Part shown: positions 49,689 through 59,850 of the stretch, one piece after another
How the letters are laid out: each line of letters opens with the position of its first letter
How positions within the stretch are numbered: position 1 is the stretch's first letter
From: an uncultured Verrucomicrobiae bacterium
GTDB taxonomy: Bacteria; Chlamydiota; Chlamydiia; Chlamydiales; Rhabdochlamydiaceae
DNA: 64,000 bases
Direction of reading: 5' to 3'
NCBI GenBank assembly: GCA_963718565.1
Contig: OY970364.1
Location: 1,216,001 to 1,280,000 of the forward strand
Translations under genes and position numbers: made by a program
The notes under the pieces: model-generated
The model's input: the letters and a program-made list of their open reading frames with translations, nothing else
Told to the model about the DNA's origin: nothing
Database searches by the model: none

Positions 49689-50357
49689 TTGGTATTACAA
49701 GATGAACGCACATATAAGGCACACATGAAAAAGGTTTGCGATCCTGGCGAAGAACCCGTGCCTTACCAGCAGATGCTCGACTTTCATCAAAGCGACGCAT
49801 TCACCTTAAAGCACGATCCCATGTGGGTATTAGAAACAATATTAAAAAACGCCGCCACGGTCACAGATCTTCTGCATCTAAGGAATTGGATGGTGGTAGA
49901 AGCTCCCGCTCCTCTTTTGATCACTTCTAGCAAGCCGGTCAATCCTTTTTGGACGATAAGCCTTCCACCACACGAACAAGGTAAAGGACCTCTATTCTAT
50001 CCGGAATCCTTAGCCAATACGCATCCTACAATTGTACCATTGTATTCGCGTTATAACGAAGTTAGCGGGCGCTTTCCAGTAGTTCTTCCAGGATTTGGGA
50101 TTCCCACAAGCATGGTGGTCTTCCCGCTCACCCCATCTTTAGCATTGATCGGGTCTTGGTCGCCTTTACCGCTTTACGCAAAGATAGACTACTGCACAGT
50201 CCAGGCGATCAACTGGGTCACTGCCAATTCCGGCGCTGATTATGTGTACTCCCCTCAAAAGCTATTTTCCATCCCATGGAATTCCAATCTGGCTCCTTAT
50301 CTGCAAGATTATCATAATCAGCTGGGATCACGGCTAATTACCTTTAAAACCAGCTGA
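49689..50357 (+). pseudogene. Hypothetical protein, likely C-terminal fragment (DUF4238-like)
   Basis: LITSSKPV and VFPLTPSLALI resemble the DUF4238 signature; weak TTG start. Confidence 0.4.
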
Positions 50358-50360
50358 AGT

Positions 50361-50425
50361 ATGAGGTCACTCATGACAGTTAGGACAAAACGATTGGTTT
50401 TACGCCCTTGGCAAGAAGCTGACAA
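50361..50425 (+). pseudogene. N-terminal scrap of a RimJ/RimL-type GNAT acetyltransferase
   Basis: MRSLMTVRTKRLVLRPWQEAD, then similarity is lost. Confidence 0.5.
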
Positions 50426-50468
50426 TTTAATTGAAGTCTATGCTTCTAAATCGTGGGAGAAAGCTTTT

Positions 50469-51518
50469 TTAGAAACTATAGGCCACTTTGAAGGTCACAC
50501 CTTGAAAATAAAGATCGAGGCTTCCAGATGAAACTCCTGCCACATATTCATCCATAAGAGAACGCATCATGTTCTGTCCCCAAAAATAGGTAAAATCGTA
50601 ACTAGCCATGAGTTCCAAATGTTGCCTATGACCAATATCCTTTTTCCAACCAAATCCCAGGCTTACATCAACCTCTGGACGCACACAGTTGTAAGACATA
50701 TGCAAAGGCGCGGGCGTTTCATAATAAATAACAGCCGCTTCTTCGCTGTGCTTGACTCTAAACCAGTTAAAGAAAAGAGTCGTTCCAATTACCCCATCAA
50801 AATTAAATCCCATCGGAAGATTATATTTCCCATTTACGCCAATACGGGGACCAATACCCCAAACATGAGATTGATTATGGGATGCAACTGGCTGTGAACC
50901 AAGGAAACTGCTTCCTCCAAAAGAGGCGCCCGCCACGTTTAACTGAAGGTTCATCTGTTGCCGAATCCAAATGGTTCTTAAACCGCCAAAAGGAGCAAAA
51001 ACAAAACCTGCTTCTTTATTGAGAGGATAAGACAAAAGAAGATCGCCCATATCCATTGCAAGTTTCCAGATAGAAGAAAGCTTTGTGCCAGTTAACGATT
51101 GCTGAGAAAAGAATGTCTCTTGCAGATACCAACTGTCGAGATTCCAAACTCCAGTTCCTATAGTACCCGCTGGAGCGCTTTTGCTTGTTTTATTTTCCCC
51201 TCGATAGTACGTATATTCAGCATTAACTTTCCAATCCTCTGAAGACGAAATCCCCAATCCAACTTTAAATCCTGGATGATATCCAAATTTTTGCTGAAAC
51301 ACTTTTGGAGAACTTGCAAAAACCGTTGTTGCTGCATCATTCACTTGGGCGCTCTCAGCAATGTTCAACCCATCTTCCTTAGCAAACCAGTAGGTAAAGG
51401 AAGAATCTGCCCAATACCTAAGATTGCTGGAATTTGAGCAGACCGTGGGCTGCTGGTCATTTGCAAATAGATGTATGGTTGCAATCACGGCTATCGCAGG
51501 AATACAAGTATATTTCAT
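50469..51518 (-). CDS. Lpg1974/MOMP-like outer-membrane porin (third paralogue)
   Basis: Signal peptide; FTYWFAKEDGL, PGFKVGLG, PFGGLR, GIGPRIG, terminal YSF. Confidence 0.8.
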   Translation of the reverse strand: MKYTCIPAIAVIATIHLFANDQQPTVCSNSSNLRYWADSSFTYWFAKEDGLNIAESAQVNDAATTVFASSPKVFQQKFGYHPGFKVGLGISSSEDWKVNAEYTYYRGENKTSKSAPAGTIGTGVWNLDSWYLQETFFSQQSLTGTKLSSIWKLAMDMGDLLLSYPLNKEAGFVFAPFGGLRTIWIRQQMNLQLNVAGASFGGSSFLGSQPVASHNQSHVWGIGPRIGVNGKYNLPMGFNFDGVIGTTLFFNWFRVKHSEEAAVIYYETPAPLHMSYNCVRPEVDVSLGFGWKKDIGHRQHLELMASYDFTYFWGQNMMRSLMDEYVAGVSSGSLDLYFQGVTFKVAYSF

Positions 51519-51617
51519 AGATTTCTTTTTGTTGCTATCTGAAGTTAAATGCCTTATCCTAAGAGTTAGTTTTTTTTTTAATCAACAGCTAAAGTTTACC
51601 CTGTCTGAGGAGTTTCC

Positions 51618-53009
51618 ATGCTTAAGCACGTCCTTTATCTCTCGTTTATGCTTAATACACTCTCTGCCCAGACGCTCCCGCATCGTCCAGAGTCTATATT
51701 GACTTCAGAAGCGCCCGCGCAGCGTGAAGTGGCAGGCATTATTTATAATTTGGACAATTTTGTCAATCTCGCCCAATACTTTGGGCTACAGCTTGACCAA
51801 TACGGAGCTAACTCGACCGTCGATTATCTTGTCCCAGTCTTTCCCGATAAGATCACCACGTTTGCCAACAGCCTTCCTCAAATAGTAATGAATAAAAACG
51901 ATGCCATACTCATTGAAGTGACTGTGCCCGATGAAAGCTGGTTAGATACCCATTCTTTATTCAATATCACTCCTTATTTTTATTTTTACGAAGCAGATGG
52001 TATCGAAACCCCTGTCTATGCAAGCGAAAACATCACAATCCAATTTTTCGAACTATTTGATACCCCCGGCAATACGATCCGAATCTGCATCACTCCAAAC
52101 GCAACGATTGCCAGCGAATATCAAGCCAAAGGATACATGATTTCCTCTATGCCTGAAGAATACCTGGATTCTACTACGTTTCAAATCCTTTTCCGTGTAG
52201 GAACAATCAATGGCGAGCACCAATTATCAATCAATAGCTTTGTAAAGACAACCTTCTTAAAAGCAACAAACGATGCAGAATTTGCAGGATCTGCCTATTA
52301 TGATGCAGCAGAAGTTATCGCTTCTTTCCCGACTGAGCTATTTCCGGCAAACACGCCACAGTACATGACAAACATCGCTAACTACAATGACATTGTAACT
52401 TATTTAAATGGACAGGGGTATACCACCCATCAATGCTTAAAATATCTCTCAAACATTTACAATACGAATTATGCTTTTAATAATTTCTACAAGGCGATCA
52501 CCGTCAGTCCTGCGGCTGAAATGCAGGCGAATAATACCGGTGAAAACTACTATAATTCAGAAGGGATCCCTGACTATAGCAACCCATTCATTGACCTGAG
52601 AGCAATCAGCGACACATATCTCTACATTCTATCCCTAAATCAAAATACGATGGGAAGCGGCTTAACCTCAAACGTACAAACCTATAACGCACAGAATCTG
52701 GCAATCATTCCAAATGGGCTGATCATCACAAGCCCCGATTTGCCTGCTTTTTCTGCTCCAGATTATCCCTATACCTCAGACAATCCCTATCCTTTATTTC
52801 AAATCAATGCATATAAAATTTCAGATCTGATTGCGAGCGGAATAACGCAAGCTATTATCACTGAGCGAATTTCATATAATCCGGTGAACTTCTATCAATC
52901 TTCGAATGAATATGAGGGAAAAGCCTACTTCTTTTTTGGAGATACTCTCACACCAACACAAACCAATTATTTAGAGACAAATTACGACATCACAATCAAC
53001 TTCGAATGA
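51618..53009 (+). CDS. Hypothetical secreted protein, Asn/Tyr/Ile/Thr-rich and acidic
   Basis: 463-aa ORF, RBS GAGGAG, signal-peptide-like N-terminus. Confidence 0.7.
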   Translation: MLKHVLYLSFMLNTLSAQTLPHRPESILTSEAPAQREVAGIIYNLDNFVNLAQYFGLQLDQYGANSTVDYLVPVFPDKITTFANSLPQIVMNKNDAILIEVTVPDESWLDTHSLFNITPYFYFYEADGIETPVYASENITIQFFELFDTPGNTIRICITPNATIASEYQAKGYMISSMPEEYLDSTTFQILFRVGTINGEHQLSINSFVKTTFLKATNDAEFAGSAYYDAAEVIASFPTELFPANTPQYMTNIANYNDIVTYLNGQGYTTHQCLKYLSNIYNTNYAFNNFYKAITVSPAAEMQANNTGENYYNSEGIPDYSNPFIDLRAISDTYLYILSLNQNTMGSGLTSNVQTYNAQNLAIIPNGLIITSPDLPAFSAPDYPYTSDNPYPLFQINAYKISDLIASGITQAIITERISYNPVNFYQSSNEYEGKAYFFFGDTLTPTQTNYLETNYDITINFE

Positions 53010-53226
53010 TCCATCCAAGCTTGGTCGCTCCCAGTCGGGGAATTAGGATTAGATGATGGGGATATCCTAAAGGTAGCGCTTGTGCAAAAAATATTTTCAA
53101 CTTTTTAAACGCTCAGTTTTTATTTGCATTCGCGCGTTTGCGAAGCTTAGCGGGAATCGCAGTCGTTTCTGGGCATTGACGCAAAATCCATCTCTATATT
53201 ACGCTTTTTACCTCATCCCACTTTGT

Positions 53227-53301
53227 GGCGGTCGTAGCTCAGCTGGTTAGAGCATTGGATTGTGGATCCAAATGTCGCGGGTTCGAGCCCCGTCGATCGC
53301 C
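53227..53301 (+). tRNA. tRNA-His (GTG) with encoded G-1
   Basis: G-GCGGTCG / CGATCGC-C acceptor, TTGGA-TTGTGGA-TCCAA anticodon arm, GTTCGAG T-loop. Confidence 0.95.
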
Positions 53302-53390
53302 CTTCTTCTCCGATAAATATCTTCTGTGTTATGACTAGGAAAAATAATTGAAAAAAGTCGATGTTCTAACGATGATCGAGGCTGGCTAAG

Positions 53391-54188
53391 ATGTCCCTTC
53401 TTGAGGCGTTTATTTTTGGACTGTTGCAGGGATTGACGGAATTTCTTCCCATCAGTTCTTCAGCACACGTCAAACTTGCCAAGCTTATTTTCAATATTGA
53501 AAGTTCTGAATCCCAGGTCATCTTCGATCTTGTCTGCCATCTGGGGACGTTGTTTGCTCTTCTGATTTTTTTAAGAGAGGAAATCGGCCTAATCTTGCGG
53601 CGCGATCGACAAAAACTGTTTCTTCTCCTGATCGCGATGCTACCTCTCATCCCCTGTTATTTTTTACTCAAGCCCTTAAGAGACTTTGCTTCACAACCTC
53701 AATGTTTAGGAGTCTGCCTCATAGGTACCGCACTGATTTTGTTTATTGGTCAACGCTGGAAAATCCATCGCACCCATGAGGTGGCCTTAAAACGGCACAT
53801 CAAAGATGCTCTCTGGATTGGAGCCATGCAATCCGCTGCGCTTATTCCCGGGATCTCCCGCAGCGCCTCGACAATTTCTTGTGCAAAAGTCCTCGGCTGG
53901 GAAGCTCAGAAAGCCGTCCGATTTTCATTTCTTCTTTCCATTCCCACAATCATTGGCGGAAATTGTTTAGAGTTGTTCAAAATCTATCTCTCGCATGAAA
54001 GTCTTCACCCTGTGTCTATTCCCGCTTGTGCTGTCGGATGTGTCACGTCTTTTATTTTTGGGTTCTTGATCATCCGTTTCGCTCTTTCCTATTTAGAACG
54101 AGGAAATCTTAAACCCTTTGCTTGGTATTGCCTGAGCATTGGAATCATCGTCACCTTATTGCTGAACTTCTTGCATGGAGCAAACTAA
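53391..54188 (+). CDS. uppP: Undecaprenyl-diphosphate phosphatase
   Basis: GLLQGLTEFLPISSSAH, PGISRS, FSFLLSIP. Confidence 0.95.
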   Translation: MSLLEAFIFGLLQGLTEFLPISSSAHVKLAKLIFNIESSESQVIFDLVCHLGTLFALLIFLREEIGLILRRDRQKLFLLLIAMLPLIPCYFLLKPLRDFASQPQCLGVCLIGTALILFIGQRWKIHRTHEVALKRHIKDALWIGAMQSAALIPGISRSASTISCAKVLGWEAQKAVRFSFLLSIPTIIGGNCLELFKIYLSHESLHPVSIPACAVGCVTSFIFGFLIIRFALSYLERGNLKPFAWYCLSIGIIVTLLLNFLHGAN

Positions 54189-56566
54189 TGGGAAAGGACG
54201 TAGCAATCCCTAAGAAAAAATCGGGAATGCCAGCAGAAGCAAAGGCGCTGATTCTTCTCGGATTTTCTTTGATCGCCTTACTGAGCCTGCTCAGCTTCCA
54301 CATCAACGATCCTACTAAAAACTGGCTCGGGCTTGTTGGCTGGGGAATCGGGTTAGGATTTAACTTCCTTTTTGGGCTGACCAGCTATTTGGTAATTATT
54401 TTTTTAGGCTGGCTGGGCTGGCAATCACTTTTGGGACGTGAAATTGCTTCGCTAATCTCTAAAACTGTTTACTTTGGAATTTTACTGCTTTCGAGTTCTC
54501 TATTATTAAATCTGTTTGCTGAATTGGGTTTGTCATTGGGAAGTTTCCTTGAGAATAAAATCTATTCAGAGACATGTCTTTTCGATTTTCCCTACCCCCA
54601 TCGCACGACTCGTTACAATTTAGGCGGGGTGCCACTCTATTATCTTTATCGCGACTTGCCTACGTTTAATTTGCAACGCATGCTCAGCGACGTCGGTGTT
54701 GGACTCACTTTTTCGATTACAGCAATCGTCTCTTTTCTATTGCTGACCGAGACTCGAATCGGTCCCCTTTTAGCAATGCTCAAAGAAAAATTACGGTCGG
54801 GACTTTTCCATAAAACTGCAAGCGAAAAGGAGATTGAAAAGATCCCTTTGCTTTCGACTAAGACAGCAGAAGAAATTGAAAACACGCTTTCAAAACGTCT
54901 TCCTCAGCCCATTTATCAGCCTCGTCAAGAAAAAGATAACGAGATGAGGATCCGCACGATGAACGATAAAATGGAAACGGAAAAAAAAACAGCAGTAGAT
55001 TTAAAATCGATCTCCATCAATAAACGCCAAGCTGCAATTAATGCCCAAAAGGTCGTCAATGGAGATTTTACCACTTATCAACTTCCTCCGCCTTCCCTGT
55101 TGAATAATCCTAAAAAAGTCGATCAGCCCTCACTAAAAAAAGAGCTCAAGCGTCAAGCTGAGATCCTCGAAGAAACATTAATGAGCTTTGGCATCGAGGC
55201 TAAAGTAGGAGAGATCAACTGCGGTCCAACAATTACCTCATTTGAAGTTCATCCTGCAATCGGTGTAAAAGTGCAAAAGATCAAAACGTTAGAAAATGAC
55301 ATTGCACTCAATCTCCAAGCCAAATCGATCCGCATCATTGCTCCCATTCCTGGAAAAGCCGCTGTGGGCGTTGAAGTCCCTTCCCTCTATCCACAAGAGG
55401 TTAATTTTAAAGAGTTACACCTCAATTACCATCTGATCCCACGCAAAATGATGGTCCCTCTGCTACTGGGGAAAACGGTCTCTGGCGAGAATGTCATTAG
55501 CGACTTAAGTAAAATGCCTCACTGTCTTATTGCTGGAGCAACAGGATCGGGAAAATCTGTCTGCATCAATACCGTCATCATGTCGATCCTCATGAATGCT
55601 CGACCAGATGAGATCAAGCTTGTGATGATCGACCCTAAAAAAGTGGAATTGACACCCTACACAAACCTTCCCCATATGATTGCGCCTGTGATCACCGAGG
55701 CGCATGGTGCTTATGCCGCGCTCAGTTGGCTCGTCAAGGAAATGCAAACACGCTATGATATTTTAAAACAGCTCGGCGTCCGCAACATTACCGCCTTCAA
55801 CAATCGACACATTAACAAAGAGCTCGAATCCTCTTTAAGCCTGCCTATCCCTGTCAAAATGCATGTCATCGTCGCTATCATCGATGAATTCGCTGACTTG
55901 ATGATGGCCTCCAGTTCGGACCTTGAAACTCCCATTGCCCGCATTGCACAGATGGCCCGAGCTGTAGGCATCCATCTCATCCTCGCCACACAACGTCCAT
56001 CCCGAGAAGTCATTACGGGATTGATCAAAGCCAACTTTCCAACACGCCTCGCCTTTAAGGTTGCCAGCCGTGTCAACTCACAAATTATCCTTGACGATGT
56101 TGGCGCAGAGAGTTTACTAGGCAACGGCGACATGCTTTTCTTGCCACCGGGCACTTCAACGCTGATTAGAGCCCAAGGCGCTTACATTAGCGATGAAGAA
56201 ATCAATCGCGTTGTCTCATTCATCTGTGAACAGGCTCCTCCCAATTATCTTATCCAATCTTTTGATAAAATGCGCATTGAGGACTCTTCATCCAGTGAGG
56301 GTGGAGACGACAGTCCGCGTGACACGCTTTACGATCAAGCATTGGCCATCGTCGTTGGAACCCAAACAGCTTCAACGACCTTCTTGCAACGTAAACTTAA
56401 AATTGGTTACGCTAGAGCTGCATCACTCATGGACGAATTAGAGTCCAAAGGTGTGATCGGCCCTCAAGAAGGTGCAAAACCGCGGCGGATTTTAATCGAC
56501 GCTAAACACCCCATCCCCTCTTCAAAACCTGGAAACTCTGATGAAGAACAAGAGCCTTTTGAGTAA
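54188..56566 (+). CDS. ftsK: DNA translocase FtsK
   Basis: N-terminal TM region; PHCLIAGATGSGKS, IDPKKVEL, IDEFADLM, ATQRPS, LKIGYARAA. Confidence 0.96.
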   Translation: MGKDVAIPKKKSGMPAEAKALILLGFSLIALLSLLSFHINDPTKNWLGLVGWGIGLGFNFLFGLTSYLVIIFLGWLGWQSLLGREIASLISKTVYFGILLLSSSLLLNLFAELGLSLGSFLENKIYSETCLFDFPYPHRTTRYNLGGVPLYYLYRDLPTFNLQRMLSDVGVGLTFSITAIVSFLLLTETRIGPLLAMLKEKLRSGLFHKTASEKEIEKIPLLSTKTAEEIENTLSKRLPQPIYQPRQEKDNEMRIRTMNDKMETEKKTAVDLKSISINKRQAAINAQKVVNGDFTTYQLPPPSLLNNPKKVDQPSLKKELKRQAEILEETLMSFGIEAKVGEINCGPTITSFEVHPAIGVKVQKIKTLENDIALNLQAKSIRIIAPIPGKAAVGVEVPSLYPQEVNFKELHLNYHLIPRKMMVPLLLGKTVSGENVISDLSKMPHCLIAGATGSGKSVCINTVIMSILMNARPDEIKLVMIDPKKVELTPYTNLPHMIAPVITEAHGAYAALSWLVKEMQTRYDILKQLGVRNITAFNNRHINKELESSLSLPIPVKMHVIVAIIDEFADLMMASSSDLETPIARIAQMARAVGIHLILATQRPSREVITGLIKANFPTRLAFKVASRVNSQIILDDVGAESLLGNGDMLFLPPGTSTLIRAQGAYISDEEINRVVSFICEQAPPNYLIQSFDKMRIEDSSSSEGGDDSPRDTLYDQALAIVVGTQTASTTFLQRKLKIGYARAASLMDELESKGVIGPQEGAKPRRILIDAKHPIPSSKPGNSDEEQEPFE

Positions 56567-56939
56567 ACTTGAAGAACTTAAACCGAATATTCCCATCCAT
56601 CTCGACGTCGAGAGGAAGCTATTGCCTCGTCTTAAATTTATGGGATATGTGATGTTCGCATTTTGTTTAGCAGCATTCACATTCGCCCTGGCGATAAAAG
56701 ACGAAGCTGAAGTGATCGGTCCACCACCCCAAGAAGGGTTTACAGAACCCGACCGAATAGAAGCAGTTGCTCGAGCTGAACTCTTATTGGAAGATGGCGA
56801 ACTCGAATTAAGTCCAACGGAAGTCCTCAATTTCTACCTCGTCGCTGTTATTTTTGCTGTCATGGGCGCCACTTGCTTTGTGATTGCTTGGAAAAAAAAG
56901 AAGAAGCTTTTTTCAGAATCTCAAGCTACTAAAGAGTAA
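56541..56939 (+). CDS. Hypothetical two-TM membrane protein
   Basis: Two hydrophobic helices and a basic tail; overlaps the ftsK 3' end. Confidence 0.6.
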   Translation: MKNKSLLSKLEELKPNIPIHLDVERKLLPRLKFMGYVMFAFCLAAFTFALAIKDEAEVIGPPPQEGFTEPDRIEAVARAELLLEDGELELSPTEVLNFYLVAVIFAVMGATCFVIAWKKKKKLFSESQATKE

Positions 56940-56956
56940 TTAGGAACAAAATCTTC

Positions 56957-57182
56957 TTAAGAGATCAAAAAGTGGTAGATGTCTGTAAAGTCAAAATAAT
57001 TCGTGTAAACAACAGGCTTATCTCCAAAAAGGACATAAGCCCCCTCTTCTTGAAACATTGATTTCATTAACACACCGGTCACAATTTCTGCAGGGTTGAT
57101 ATCCGTCTCTGCATCCACGTCCATTTGGATTCAGCGAACGAATGAAAATGCCTTTCTCATATGATCCTTGGCAGAATTTTTT
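56957..57182 (-). pseudogene. Collapsed remnant of the small Cys-rich protein / large partner module
   Basis: One frame reads GIFIRSLNPNGRGCRDGYQPCRNCDRCV; an overlapping frame reads SMFQEEGAYVLFGDKPV. Confidence 0.6.
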
Positions 57183-57280
57183 GCAAAATGTATTTTAAAT
57201 CTAATCCTTCATAAATTCGAATGCGCCCGACGTTAAGAAAAATTTGCAAAATTCACTAATTAGGCCTAACATGCAAAAAA

Positions 57281-58636
57281 GTGAAGAAGCTCATGTCGCC
57301 GGGTATGCATAAAGTCAGAAAGAAAATTCTCATTGCTGATCCTGATGAGCAAATTCTCAAAACCCTTAAGAAAAATAAAAGCGCCTCTTTTTATACTTTT
57401 GAACACGCAAAAACGGGCTTTGAATGCTTGTCGAAGCTAGAGACCTTCAAGCCCGACTTGCTCCTCGTCGATCTCATGCTTCCTCATATCCATGGGATGG
57501 AAATCCTTCGCAAAATCAAGACCGATCCTCGAACACACGATATCGGGGTGATTTTAACTTCAGCACATGCCATGATTCAAAACTATCGAGCTGCGCTGAT
57601 CTTGCATTGCGATTATTTTCTCGAGAAGCCTTTTGAAACCTCTCTTGTTTTTTCACTGTTTAAATTGTTTTTCAAAAGCAAACTTCGTCCCGATCCATTT
57701 ACTGGGAAGGAATCTTCGGTCGAAGGAAAACATTGCTACCTTCCAAAAATGCATTCCCCCAATTCCTACATCAAATTCTGGGGGACTCGCGGCTCTAATC
57801 CCGTTTCAGGTCCTGATTATGTGCGTTTTGGTGGCAATACATGCTGCCTTGAAATTCGTCACGGCCATGATCTTGTTATCATCGATTGCGGCACTGGCAT
57901 CCGCCCTTTAGGGGCGATGATTTCAGAATCGAAGCCAAAACATGTCCATCTCCTCTTAAGCCATACTCATTGGGATCATCTCGCTGGCTTTCCCTTTTTT
58001 GCTCCGATCTATGATCCGAATTGCCAAGTCGACATTTGGACACCGATCGGCTTTGAGAAAACAACGCGTGAGCTATTCACCGAGATGCTTGCCTATGCTT
58101 ATTTTCCCGTGCGCCTCGATGATATCCAAGCCAACCTTGTCTTCAAAGATATTCCAGAGAGGGTGCCCTTTCATATCGGCAATATTGAAATTAATTCCCA
58201 TTATTCCTTCCATCCTGGAGCAACAGTCTGTTTCAAATTCAAGGTCAATAAACTTAAATTCGGATATGCAACAGATAACGAGTTTTTAATGGGCTATCAT
58301 GGCAATCCTAATGCGATCGGCAAAAATCACCTTCTTCTCAATCCTTATCGAAGCATGATCGAATTTTTCAAAGGTTGTGATTTCCTCATTCACGAAGCTC
58401 AATATACCCCCGTCGAATACCAGACCAAAGTCGGATGGGGACATTCCTCCGTAAACAATGCCACTGTTTTACTCAAGCATACCGAGATCCCTGAATGGAC
58501 CTTGACACATCATGATCCCAAACATACCGATTCAGAAATGCTCAAAAAACTCCAACTGCAGTTCGATATTTTAGACGATATGCATATGAAATGCCGTCCC
58601 CGTATCGCTTTCGACGGAATGACAATCCCTTTATAA
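57281..58636 (+). CDS. Response-regulator receiver domain fused to MBL-fold metallo-hydrolase
   Basis: KILIAD, LLLVDLMLP, FLEKPF; FWGTRGS, GGNTCC, LSHTHWDH, GWGHSS, HHDP. Confidence 0.88.
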   Translation: MKKLMSPGMHKVRKKILIADPDEQILKTLKKNKSASFYTFEHAKTGFECLSKLETFKPDLLLVDLMLPHIHGMEILRKIKTDPRTHDIGVILTSAHAMIQNYRAALILHCDYFLEKPFETSLVFSLFKLFFKSKLRPDPFTGKESSVEGKHCYLPKMHSPNSYIKFWGTRGSNPVSGPDYVRFGGNTCCLEIRHGHDLVIIDCGTGIRPLGAMISESKPKHVHLLLSHTHWDHLAGFPFFAPIYDPNCQVDIWTPIGFEKTTRELFTEMLAYAYFPVRLDDIQANLVFKDIPERVPFHIGNIEINSHYSFHPGATVCFKFKVNKLKFGYATDNEFLMGYHGNPNAIGKNHLLLNPYRSMIEFFKGCDFLIHEAQYTPVEYQTKVGWGHSSVNNATVLLKHTEIPEWTLTHHDPKHTDSEMLKKLQLQFDILDDMHMKCRPRIAFDGMTIPL

Positions 58637-58639
58637 AAC

Positions 58640-58927
58640 ATGGATCTCGAAAAAATTCAGAAACTCTCTCTCGAAGAGAAAAAAAACCTGCTAGAGCGCA
58701 CGATCAAACTTCAAGAAGAGACAGGAGAACTCGCTGAGCAGGTCCTCATCGCGCACAAATCCTCTGGCTCCCAATATAAGAAGTCAAGCAAGGACGCGAT
58801 CAAAGAAGAAGCCGCGGATGTTACCTTAGTCGCTCTTTCCATTTTTTTTCTGGAAGGAGGAACCCCTAAAGAGCTCGAGAAAATCCTTAAAGCTAAAATT
58901 GCCAAGTGGAAAAAATTTAAAAAATAA
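58640..58927 (+). CDS. MazG-like NTP pyrophosphohydrolase
   Basis: KLQEETGELAE...EEAADV motif. Confidence 0.8.
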   Translation: MDLEKIQKLSLEEKKNLLERTIKLQEETGELAEQVLIAHKSSGSQYKKSSKDAIKEEAADVTLVALSIFFLEGGTPKELEKILKAKIAKWKKFKK

Positions 58928-59690
58928 TCGGTTTGCTGATCATGCTTTGAAAGGCAATGGAAACCTCTGCATTCGACTGCAACAACTGCAGCTTTTCTGA
59001 AATGGTCTTTAATGCTAATTCCGGCGCGTTGCATTCACTAGATAAATGCGCGAGATGAATATGTCTTAAATCACTGTGATGAACAAGCTCAATCAATTGT
59101 GCACATTCTCTATTCGAAAGATGTCCTTGACGGCTTAAAACTCGCTGCTTGTAAATTTGGGGCCGCCTTGAGGCATGGACCATAGAAGGTTCATGATTTG
59201 CTTCGACATACAAATAATTGCAGCATTGTAATTGCCCAGTGACAAGCGTTGTCACAAATCCAAGGTCGGTGCAAAAGCCAAGTTTTACACCGCTGGTTTT
59301 AATCGTGAAGGCGACCGGGTCCACAGCATCATGTTGAACGCTAAAAGGATGTATTTCTAAGTCGCCAAATTCGAATGTCTCACCCGTTGAGAAGATTTTG
59401 AATTTAGGACATTCGTTCAGAATCGCATAAATGGCTTTTGCAGTATCGCTATTTGCAAATATGGGGATTCCCATCCTGCAGCCCAAAACATCGAGTGCCT
59501 GAATATGGTCGGTGTGTTCATGTGTAATCAATACAGCATCGATCTCTTCTAAAGCCACACCGATTGCTTTAAGGCGCTCGCGAATCGATTTAGCACTCAT
59601 TCCAGCATCGATCAATATTTTTGTCGTCGACGTCCCCAAATAAATGCAATTTCCTTTAGATCCCGACGCTAGAGGGCAAAATCCATTCAT
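58917..59690 (-). CDS. MBL-fold metallo-hydrolase, YycJ/WalJ-like
   Basis: LASGSKGN, ITHEHTDHI, HDAVDP, TDLG, EANH, GHLSN, HLSSECN. Confidence 0.9.
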   Translation of the reverse strand: MNGFCPLASGSKGNCIYLGTSTTKILIDAGMSAKSIRERLKAIGVALEEIDAVLITHEHTDHIQALDVLGCRMGIPIFANSDTAKAIYAILNECPKFKIFSTGETFEFGDLEIHPFSVQHDAVDPVAFTIKTSGVKLGFCTDLGFVTTLVTGQLQCCNYLYVEANHEPSMVHASRRPQIYKQRVLSRQGHLSNRECAQLIELVHHSDLRHIHLAHLSSECNAPELALKTISEKLQLLQSNAEVSIAFQSMISKPIIF

Positions 59691-59850
59691 TGATCTACTC
59701 AAAATTGTTAGCGTTCTTCTTTTATCAGTAAGCAGGATTCTTCTCAACAATCCCAACTATAACACAGCAGCAGCTCCCGCTAGAAGCGGGAGCTAAGAGA
59801 AATGCGGCTTCGCCGCAGATATGAGAATGTTTTTGACAAAACAACACCGC

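Noticed and set aside
53009..53301. Prophage or integrative element at tRNA-His or tRNA-Cys
   Set aside because: No integrase, phage genes or duplicated tRNA 3' end was seen in the window.
59770..59795. Hairpin agctcccgc-tagaa-gcgggagct as an IS200/IS605 end or intron domain
   Set aside because: No tnpA, tnpB or reverse transcriptase nearby; one hairpin is not enough.
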